Positions 25,425-37,400 of a stretch of 64,000 nt of DNA are shown here, piece after piece. Under the pieces are notes generated by a model. The model was not told the origin of the DNA and did not search any database. It was given only the letters and a program-made list of their open reading frames with translations. A program made the position numbers and the translations under genes. Positions within the stretch are counted from its first letter, which is position 1, and every line of letters begins with the position of its first letter. Where the stretch lies: NCBI GenBank assembly GCA_951406725.2, contig OX597814.1:51708001-51772000 (forward strand). The letters are read 5' to 3'. This DNA is from Octopus vulgaris (lineage: Eukaryota).

Positions 25425-28400
25425 GTAAGAAAATTTAACTATTGTCTACCATGATAAATTGTCCCATTTTAATGTTGCTTCTTCGAGTTTTAAAACTTTT
25501 CAGAAATCTCAAACACGAATTTCTCGATTTGTCCCTCTCTTCTGCCCTTTATAATTAATTACATTTCCATCCTGTATATTTTAAAATTTTCCTTATTAAT
25601 TCAATATATCAATGCAACAAAGCGATTTTTACTCTTTCGTTCGTTGCATGTTTCTCTAATCAGTCGTTAGTATATGCAGCATCAGTGCTCTTAGAATATT
25701 GAATAATTCCTTCTTTTAGACAATAGTTTGTTTATCTAGCCTCTAAATAATTAACTGAATTTCAAAGTTGTGAAAGCGTTGAAATATTGTCATGAAAAGC
25801 CATTACATTTCGACTTTGTAATATTCTAATCCAGTTTGAAATATTATTCTAATTCTTAACAATTATAAAGCTACATTTAATTAGAGCCACACGACACTTA
25901 ATCACAGTTAATTAACATGTTTTAGCTATGGACGTATTTAATCTAAAAGTTGATCCTCATTTCTGACATAATCTCTACTGTCCCCAACCTAGAGAACTAC
26001 GTTAATTCATTATTTTTATAGAGGGATGTCCCAAAGTGACACTGACCGTTTTGCATTAAATCACAGAAAAATATTGTTCTCTGTGAGAATTTCCACTGTC
26101 AATTGACTAACATTCACCCTTGCACTTAAAATTACAAGCTAACATGGGACATTAAACTACAAGCTATTTCCCCTTTCAAATCACACCATTTCCTATAAAA
26201 ATAATGAATTAACGTAGTTCTCTAGGTACCCATAAAAAGATGGTGACGGTAGGAGTGGCTTACATCACGCCGTTGTATAGCCCCTAGGGGACTAAACAAT
26301 AATCGTACTGATCGAATATTTCTTTTTTCTGCTTTTTCATATTTTTTCATAGTTCAGATTTGAAAGGAGAAAAATTATTACATAAAACTTACATGATAGT
26401 AATGTTAAGTTGTACACACCTACAGCACACAGTTAATCCACAAATAAAGTATGTGGTGCGTGCACGTATATAACTGGATATGAATTTTACAAAACTGAAC
26501 ATTAATCATATTGTGTATTGAGTATTTTGTTTTAGCATCGGATCTTTTCCTTTTGAACGGCACTTTGTAACATAATTTCTAGCCGTTCAAAAGATCCTTA
26601 GCACCTAAAATAAAAGATTTTCAAAATGCTGTTATTATATTTTAGTTGCAACGTATTAAGATAGGATTTTAGTTGCAACGTATTAAGATAGGATGGTCAT
26701 GGACGGAATGTCTTTGATAATAGGTTTGGATGGGAGCTGACCAGGGGGCTAAGCAATAATAACTAACGACAAATATATTGTGTATATAGGAGTGTGTGTT
26801 AGTATGTACCACTACATTCCAACATGGGTCCAACTTTCTTAACATGAATCCGTAGAAATATTGGTTTCATATTTTGGCGCAAGGCCAGCAATTTCGGGAG
26901 TGGGGCAAGTCAATTACATCGACCCATTATTCATTTTATCGACCCCAAAAAGGATGAAATGTAAAGTCAGCCTGGGTGGAACTTGAACTCAGAATGTAAA
27001 GACAGACGAAATGCTGGTAAGCATTTTGTCTGGTGTGCTAACGATTCTGCCAGCTTACCACCTTAATCCATAGAAATATTGGAAGAACACAAATTATTTG
27101 AAAGGAGATTTGAATTAAAAAAAAAAAAAAACGGGGTAGTTATGGTTTGAATGTCTTTGATTATTGATCAGCTGGATCAGAGACAATCCAAGAAAGAAGT
27201 GACTTGCGAGTTCCAAGTGGTAATAACCTATATTAAAAGTGCTATTAATTATCTTTATTATTGTATCTGGGTAGAAAATATATGAAAGAAGTAGTTGGAT
27301 CTAATAGAGATTATAGAGAAATTGAAAAAAAAAAAAAAAATTAAATATCTTGTTCAACATTTTATACAAGTCTTTGACATTTTGTCTCAGTTCAAGAGAC
27401 TGCAATTTGAGTTTATTTAAGTCTGGCATTTTGGATGCAAGAGATATACCTCTAATTTTCATCAGAAATAATGTTTCTCAACTTGTTTAGTCTATTTATA
27501 CTTTGAAAATAAGATGGGTTCCAAATTTCAGTTGCATACTCTAATTTTGAAAAAAAAGCTTTGTACATATGACATAGAAGTTTTTATCTTTAGTTAACAC
27601 TATGAAAACCATTACAGATATAGATTTTGCTTCTTTTTACAAATTTGCTGAGAATATATATTAAATTTCAGATAATTAGAAATGATTACTTTTAAATCCT
27701 TAATTGTAGAAAATTCATATTGTTTTTTAGTTTTGTTACAATCAACTGTATTACATTTAGATATGTAATGCACATTCAGGATTCTTCACAATAGGTTTAG
27801 AGCCATTGAATGTAGGTATACGTGTACCAGTGGAAATAAAAGTTATTTTTATTAATATTGTGTTTTTATTGAAGCACAGCTAACCTATTTACTTCTTAAG
27901 TTTGAACTGTTCATATGTCTTGAGTTACTGGCATAATTGTTGCTCTCCCATTCTAGGTCACATCTGATTAAGCAGACTTATGGTCAAAGGCCTTCCGCCT
28001 CTAACAATCCCATGTATTCAGACAATAACAACTCCATCTATTCAAATACAGGATATAACAATCCTATTTATTCAAACTGCATTATCAAATTTGTTCAGTT
28101 TAAGATTTTAGTTGTGGTTAAATTTATGATTTGAAGATTTGGCTCCTATTTCTAGCAGATCAAGCAGTATTGTGGAGCCTCCCTCTTTTGGCCTGAATGG
28201 CATTGTTTGATTGTTCATTGATTCCTCTGGGAAATAGATTTCTTATAGAAACCTTGTCTTCCCTGCTATTTAGAAAACTTTAAAATGTGTGTAATCAAGA
28301 TTAACTTTTGCAATTAAAATTTTGAATCATGTACATGACAATGCAGATAAACCATGCCAAGTTTGGAAAGCCAGTGGGTGTATTGTTCCATTAGAAATCT

Positions 28401-31400
28401 TTCTAAAAACTAACCATTTGCAAACTGTCTTATTGGAAACTGTGTATGGTTGTGGTCATATAGTTTGTTGAGCTAAAACATAAAATATTTCTATTGTGAA
28501 ATGTTTAATCTCTTACTTTCAAGGGCTAACTTTTATGTGGTTCTTGATAATCTCATTATTTCTTTTCTCAATGCAAGTTCTCTGAGGGATTATTTGGCAT
28601 TGTAAGACTTATAGAAATCCTATGGCTGTTCAGAAATTATTTCAACTTGGTAGACATGAAATAGAGCCTACCTCGGTCTTGATAAAAAATTAATGGTATT
28701 CCAAAAATAGAAAGAAGTTGAGCTGTAAATTAGGCACCTTCTCACAGAAGTATTTGTATAATGGTATTAAGGAGCAAACGGAAGATGAGTATACTTGTTG
28801 ATTATAACATGTTTATATTTGAATTATTAGAATGAGGAAAAGGCAGCTTTTACAGTTTGAATATCTTGCTGATGATAAAAGCTTGATTTAATTTTAGCAA
28901 AAGGGCTCAGGGTAAATACCTTTGAGAAGTATTCTGCACACAAAATACACATACAGTTTGGTTCTCACTTGTGTGTTATGATAAACTGATAATTGCAATT
29001 AACTATGGGTTTTCATACATCCTTCAAGGGTTTTTTAAAAACATATAATAAAAAGAAAATACAAGGGAGTTGACTTCAATAATATTAGACCTATCAAGAA
29101 TTTTGGAAAAGTAAGATAATGCAATTTAAGAGCAGGCCTGTCTTTAAAGCCAACTGATAAAAACAAGATATTCAGACCTTATTAGATTTGGACAAAATAT
29201 ATATAGCTCAGCTAACAACACTTAAGTATCTATAGAAATTGAATGAAAGTAATGATGTTAAAATAATAATGAATTTATTATATACAGTGCTCAGGTGCAC
29301 TACAACTCATCAGAAAAAGTAACCAAAGCTACATGAACAGTACGTAAAATATGCACAGGAAGTGAATAGTAAAAAAGTCTTGGAAAAATAAGGAAGAAAG
29401 GGGGTGGGTGGTAGTATCAGGTTTACTGTTGGTGAATTTCAGAAAGCATGGAAACTTTGAAGGATGTAGTGTTTCAACAGCTAACAACTGATGGAGGTAA
29501 TTTATTCCATGCTCCAGCTTTTCTGAGTGAAAAAAATGTTTCTGAAAGTCATAGGTACTGTATTATTTTTTTGATTTTGTAAGCATGTCCATGAGTGTTA
29601 TAGGCATATGGAATTCATAAAGGTGCCCAAAGTTGTTGTTGGAAAGAAGGTGAATAATCTTGTGTGTTTACCAACATTAGACCAGAAGGGAGCATTCTGT
29701 ATACTAAATACACATACAAGAGGGTCTCACGAAGGTAATATAGGGAGTTGAAAAACTTCAGTTCAGATTTTCCATACAATTGGACAAAGAATATTTAAAA
29801 TATACAATAAGAAAAAGAAAAAACCAAGAGACAACTCCCAGTTGATTTTAAAGACCCGTTCCTACCTGCTTTATCTTTATTACTCCCAAAATTCTATTGG
29901 CTGATATTATTGGTATTACTTTCTTTTTGTTTAGATTTTAAAGACCTCTAGATGGATTTTTTGTTTCTTAATTGCATGGATAATTCAGTTGACCAGAGAT
30001 TTTCATTTCTATCACATACACCATATTTCCTTATACATAAGACATTTTTTTTCCAGTAGAATATCTCTCTAGAAATCCCTTGTATCTTATTAAAATGTTA
30101 GGTTTGAGAACTGGACTCAGTTTTTCACTAGAATCCTAGTTTTGTAGATGTAAGTTTTCAATTACTATTCACATGTAATAAATATATCCCAATATCAATG
30201 TTGTAATATATTAATTATAACCTGTAAGAAGTTTACAAGAATTTACTAGCAACAGTAATTGAATGCCATTTGTTTTGTTGGGCTTATAGTGAATTTACAA
30301 TAATGATGATCCTTGCGCCATTTGTTAACAGGCAGAAATACCCTCGAAATAGATGTCAACTGTTGCCAGTCAGTTTAATTCATCAGCTGATAGTACTGAT
30401 CTATGACATTACATGATAGCAAGCAGAGAACACTAACATGTATAATTGATTACAAGCTATGATTTGTTGAATATATAAAAAACATAGCAATTGGATAGCT
30501 GGGTGACGGTATCGACTCCCACCAGATGAAAAGAAAAAAACAATTTGTGAAAAGAGAAAACAGGAAACATTAAAAAAAAATACAGGAACAGAAAAATGTG
30601 AACTTCATCATAAACAAAATTCCAGCAACTAGAGGAAGACATAAAATTATGGAGTATACAGTCTCAACAAAGATGATAATGTGTGAGACAAGATTGGCCA
30701 AAGAGGGACAGATGAGTTTGCTGGATGTTCATTTTGGTGCTACCTTTTTATGAAGATGTTTGTTGTATGCATGAGAATGAGGACCTGAATTACAGAGAAG
30801 CTACTTGAAGAGTATGAACAAATAATCCTCAAGTTTTATAAGTAATGTAAACAGGATGTAAACAAAATTCCAAATAGACCAAATTGGCAATATGGATCAT
30901 CATCGTTTAACGTCCATTTTCCATGCTAGCATGGGTTGGACGGTTCAACCGGGGTTTGGGAAGCTAGGAGGCTGTACCAGGCACCAGTCTGATCTGGCAG
31001 TGTTTCTACAGCTGGATGCCCTTCCTAATGCCAACCACTCCGTGAGTGTAGTGGGTGCTTTTTACATGCCACCTGCACAGGTGCCAGACGAGGCTGGCAA
31101 ACGGCCACGATCGGATGGTGCTTTTTACGTGCCACCGGCATGGGGGCCAGACGAGGCTGGCAATGGCCACAATCAGTGGGTGCTTTTTACGTGCCACCGG
31201 CACGGAGGCCAGTCGGGGCGGTGCTGGCAATGGCCACATTCGGATGGTTCTCTTATGTGCCACCGGCACTGGTATCACAGCTACAATTTCCATTGATGTT
31301 GAACAATGAAGTGGCATTAACATTTGATGTGCTGTCAAATAAAACTGTTGAAAATGAAAGTGCAAAAACAGTGACTATAAAAAACATGCATTTGAAAGAC

Positions 31401-34400
31401 CTACACTGTTGGAAAGACCCTGTATAGTAGGCTTGTTAGAAAAACAACACAAAGCTCCTACCTTTTCTATCTTTAAATAAAAACAGTGTCCAAAGAAATA
31501 ATTTTTCTATTGCTTCTGTTCATTACACAGGGTGCATTGATGAAGTCAGAGTGAAGCTGTAGTTGTATTCAGAGTATCCAAGTGGTTTGTTGAAGAAACC
31601 AGCATTACTGGTGTGGAATCAATTTCAAGCTCACAAAACTGCAGGAACAAGGACAAAAGAAGTTGAGCAACTAAACAAGTAGTTACCCCTCGCAGTTTAA
31701 TGTTGCAGTTATGGCCACTAGAGGCTTCAGTCAATAAGTCAGGCAAATATTTTAGCAAACCTTTCAAATGAAAGGAAATTAGAACAAATGGATAATTGCT
31801 GGGAATTTAGTAACCTCAACAGAACTTTTAAAGTAACCTACTGTTCCATGTATATGTCAGTGGGTGAAACCATCTTGGATAATTGTGAGAGTAGAATTAA
31901 TGACCAAAATATTTTTTGAAATGTGAAATTCATACTGCAATGGATTGCAGCACAGATAAACTTCTCTATGAAAGTAACAATGACCAAGAAACAGTTAGCA
32001 GTTGTGATATTAGTCTAAATAACAGCAATGTTGTTGGAATGTTATTTTTTGGCTATTTGTTTTGAGCAATCCTAAGGCACATGCATAAGTAGTCAGCTAA
32101 ACAACTAGCGTTGATTCACAGATCCCTACTGCTGTCTAGTTGAGAACCATATGGCATATTCTGGAAAGCAGAATGTGCCATAACCTATCACCAATCTAGG
32201 CTCCCACTCTTTTTTTTTACAAACAATTGTTTGTAATAAAGAGTGGGAATCAGGATAGGTTATACTCTTTACTTCAAGTCAACCCTGATCCAGACCTATA
32301 AAAGATCTCAGCATTTCAGCTGAGAATTTCCATTGTTTAAGATGGCAGGCTGGGATTTGTGGGGGAATTGACTGCTATGTAAATGATAGTGGTACAGCTG
32401 TGATGTAAATACCTTTACTGCTCTACTGAGTTCCTTTGACTTATCCTTTGTGTTCCATAGCCCACTCTATTAAAAACATTCAGAATATCAACATTTTGAA
32501 TTTTATTAGAAGTTGACAAAATTCAAAGTAGAAAGTGACTAATTTATAGAATTCATTCAAAAATGTGTATGATTAAGAAGTTTGATTTACAACTGTGAAA
32601 TTCTGGGTTCAATCTTCAACCCTACTGTGTGACTATGGTGTCTTCTATCATAACTTCAGTCAACAAAAGCTTTGTGAGTGAAATTTAGTTGACAAAAACT
32701 GAAAGCCAGTTGATATACTAATAGTTCACAAGTCTGGTAACCTATTTAATAAATAGGTTATCAGGTGTCTTATTTCATGTTTTTGCTTCAAGTTATATTC
32801 ATGGAACTGCAAGATGTCAATGACTGTGACACTTAACTTTTTTAAAATTATTCATTTCACCTTGTTGTAAATAGGTTCTGAGTCCCCCATAATGTGCGGG
32901 GGGGGGGGGACCATATGGACATATCAAGAGGTAAAGTATGGAAGATTTTAATCGTTATGCATAATAATTTACTGAACTGTGAAGTAATTTCCAAAATGTG
33001 GTACCAGTGTGTGGTAGTGAATACAGAAACATTAAAGTATTGAAGGAAATACTTCATGGGACTTGTCCTACTTTTGTGTCCTGAGTTCAAATCCTACCCC
33101 AGCCAGCTAGGGTTGTTGACTTAATTTTTTGCTTGACTTATACACTACCATCTAGTCTTTGAGTATCTTTTGCAGAGTCTACTCTGTTTCAAGCATTCAA
33201 GCCATGTCTCCAGTCTAATAATACCTTTCTCCCTCCCAAGGGGGAAGCTTGACCATACCTTCTTGAATTGAAATATTTTTTTTTTTAAATCATTGAAATT
33301 TTTCTTAAATTGATATTGGAATTGTTTGCATTGTTATAGGTTGTACTTTGCTTTTTTATCTTCATTTATAGTTCCTGGAGATGGAGGTAGCCAGATTACA
33401 GCAAGATTGAATAAAAGTGCATCTCCTATTGTCTACTGTGAGAAGAAAACTAATTATTATTATACATTATGGCTGGATCTTACTCAAATAACTGTTGCTC
33501 AGGATTGTTTTGTTGACAACATGAGGTAGTTCATCAGATTTTAACCTACTTTATTTCATAGATGGTGATGTATTAGTATTTCAGATGCATGCTTTAAAGT
33601 ATTAATAGTGCACATGCATGCACACACACACACTTTATTTAAAAGTTCATTTTTGAATCATATGATTACACGTTCAGTCCCATTGTGTGGCACTTTGGGC
33701 AAGTGTCTTCCAATTTAGCCTCAAGCTGATCAAAGTCTTTTGAGTAGATTTGAGAGACAAAACCTGAAGGAAGTGTTATGTATACTACATTTATGTTACA
33801 CGATAATAGTAAACAAGCATCACAGTTATACAAGTGGTGTCTTAAAATGTGTGATTATATAGGCTCAGGAATGGCTGTGTGGTTAAAAGTTTGCTTCTCA
33901 ACAGTGTGGCTTTGGGTTCAGTCCTATTGTGCAACAACTTGGGAAATTACAGCCCTGGGCTGGCCAATGCCTTATAAGAGAATTTGGTTGATGGTAACTG
34001 AAAGAAACCCATTGTATATATGCATGTGTGTGTGTGTGAATTTTACAATCGGTACTGAGCTACAGCTACAAACTGCAAACTATGACACAACTGTTTGTAG
34101 CTGAGCCACAAGGGTGATGTTTGTTGATATTTCCTCTTAACAAATTATACACTAGTCCTGTACTTTTGAAATTCTTTGGAATAAAAAGACCCTTATTTGA
34201 AAAACAGGTATGGTTTGGTAACAGGAAGAGCATCCAGCTGTAAAAATCTTCCCTCAAATACCTCTTCATGTAACCCATGCTAGTATGGAAAAGCAAGTTA
34301 AAGTGCATGAATGGACAATATATCTATTAGGCTAACAGATGTAAGTAGGTTAGCTACTAAGATACAATTTATTTAGTCATCTCAAAAGAAGGTATGAAGC

Positions 34401-37400
34401 TTATTGATTGGTTTGAGACTAACTTTCAGTATTCATTTTGTTCTTTTATGCATGTAATAGTAGACTGTGAAATTAGATTTGCTTTAAATTAATTATTAGC
34501 TAATGGAAATAGTAGTTAAGACACCCGTGCCGGTGACACATTAAAAGAAAAGTACCGTCCAAACGTGGCAGATGCCAGCGCCGCCTGACTGACGTCCATG
34601 TTGGTGACACGTAAAAGCACCAACTAATCGTGGCTGTTTGCCAGTCTTCTCTGGCCCCTGTGCCGGTGGCATGTAAAAAGCACCCACTACGCTCACGGAG
34701 TGGTTGGCATTAGGAAGGGCATCCAGCTGTAGAAACACTGCCAGATCAGACTGGTGCCTGGTACAGCCTCCAGGCTTCCCAGACCCCAGTCGAACCGTCC
34801 AACCTATGCTAGCATGGAAAATGAACGATGATGATGATGAATTTGGAAATGAAAGTGTTATCTTTTGTGTAATCTTGTTCTAATTTAGTTATGGATTTTA
34901 TTTTCCATGATTTCAGATGCTATAAAGAATAGCACACAAACCCTGTTGGCATGAAACATCTATATCTAGATAGATAGAAAGACTTAGTATATGTCTTTCT
35001 ACCTACATATATCTTGAAGTGCACAATCTATTACATCATTGTGATAGGCAAAGAACTCTTTAAGCACAAAGAGTGCTTAACTGTAAAATACTAACTCCAA
35101 CAATTCCTATAAAAATATGAGTCTATAGAATCCTTCAGTGTGCTAGCATGATAAAAGCATAAACATAATTTAATATATTTAATTTCATACTCAGTATTTG
35201 AAGTTAAATGTGAGTGTGGAATAAATATTAGGGAGATTTATAATTGAGTTTAGTTATATGCACTGTTAAATTGTTAATTGATCTAGAAATCATCATAGCT
35301 AGTACTGAACTTTCTTTTACAATGCGCTAGCTGTGCTGTCAAAATACAGTTTTCTTAATGTTTTTTTTTTTTTGTTCTTTCTTTGCAGATTAGTGTATGA
35401 TAATGTTACTCGAAAAACATTAGATTCCCCAGGTGTTTCCATTGATATTCCTGGTTTTGGCAGTACTCCAACAGTAGAATATTTGGACCCTGCGAGAGAA
35501 AGATTCAGTGAGTTAATTCATTCCTTTTAATTATTTAAAAGATTTTTTTCTTAGATTTGATGTTACACATTTGTATTTATTAGTTTCTTTTCATAAATTA
35601 TTTTCTGATTTTGTATTTTTCAAGTCAACCCTATTTTTGGTTTATGCTAATTGAATTCTTATAAAGGCTTTTAGAGAAAAGAAACAGGCTTGGAAGGACG
35701 GTCGTAGCAGGGAACTGCCAGAAGGGAAGCTAGGAGATAGGTTTATTTAGCCAGAGGGGAAGCAGATAAGAAAAAATTTGCCAATGTTCTGTGCCGTGAG
35801 GACCAAAGACTTGAGGTATTTCGTGTTGCAAGACAGTGTGTGAGAGAGAATAGTGATGTTGTAGGAGAGAAATGTGTCCGCATGGATGATGGTTCACTTG
35901 CACTAAATGAGGCTGCAAAGAGAGGTTTGGAGACGCCACTATGAAAGGTTGCTCAATAAAGAAAATGAATGGGAGAAAGAGAGTCTGCCGAATGTCGACC
36001 CAACAGAGGGACTAGCTATCCGAGTTGACAGTACCTTGGTAGATAAAGCAATTAAGAGTATGAAGACAGGGAAAGCCCCTGGCCCATCAGGAATCACTGC
36101 AGAGATGCTCAAAATATCTGGCAGTGTTGGCTATAGCCTAGTCACCCGTATAATTAACCAGGTGATACACAAAGGAGTCATACCCAATGACTGGTGTAGC
36201 AGCACCATAGGCAACTGCTACAAAGATAAAGGTAACGCTTTACATACAAATAATTACTGAGGTATCAAGTTGTTGGATCAGGTAATGAAGGTCACGGAGA
36301 GGGTCATTACCCAACTAATTAGGGAGAGAGTCAGTTTAGATGAGATGCAGTTTGGGAATCATGCCAGGGAAAAGCACCACTGTTGCTATATTTCTGGTAA
36401 GACTGCTGCAGGAGAAATACCTAGCCAAAGATAAACCTCTGTACCTGGCTTTCGTTGACATGGAGAAAGCCTTTGACAGGGTCCCCCGATACCTTATCTG
36501 GTGGTCAATGAGGGAACTAGGGATAGATGAATGGTTAGTGAGAGCTGTGCAAGCCATGTACAGGGACGCTGTCAGTAAGGTGAGGGTTGGCAACGAGTAC
36601 AGTGAAGAATTCCGAGTAGAGGAAGGGGCCCACCAAGGTTCAGTCCTCGGCCCCTTACTATGATAAATATATCATAGTCCTCCAGGCAATAACAGGAATT
36701 CGAGACAGGATGCCCCTGGGAGCTCCTCTATGTTGACGACCTTGCTCTAATTGCTGAGTCACTATCAGAACTAGAGAAGTTTCAGGTTTGGAAACACCTG
36801 AAATTATTGTATACAGTGCTCAGGTGCACCACAACTTGTCAGAGTATATGCAGTAATGTACAAATGTCTGGAAAGTGAACAATGCATGAGTCAGATACAT
36901 GCTTGTGTGTGTATGGAGGGGAGAAAATCAGGTGTAGTGTTGGCAAATCTCAGAAAGCATGAAAGTTTTGAAGGATGCAGTGCTCCGACAACTAACAACT
37001 GATGCCGGCAGTTTGTTCCATGCTTCAGCATGAAAAAATGTTTCCTGAAGTCATGGGAGCTGTGCTGTTTTCTTACTTTGTAAATATGTCCACGGGTGTT
37101 AGATGGGTGGAGTTTGAAATGGTGCTCAGAGTTATTGTTTGTACGATGGTTGATAATTTTATGGGTGTCTGCCAAGTCAGCTGCCAGACGTTGGAGTTTC
37201 AATGTGTCCATGCCCAGGGAAGTAAGGCGTTCGGGATATGGCAAATGCCTGATGGAGGGTATTCTTTTGGTTGCACGTCGCTGAACAGCTTCCAGACGAT
37301 TGATATCCTGGGCAAGATAGGGGTTCCAGACCGGTGATGCAAATTCCAGGTGAGGTCTTACCATAGCTATATCAGAGCAAGTAGAGAATATAATGTACAA

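Noticed and set aside
30896-31290. Regularly spaced ~25-bp repeats resembling a CRISPR array
   Set aside because: Spacers are homologous to each other, the unit is part of a LINE 3' UTR, the context is eukaryotic and there are no cas genes.
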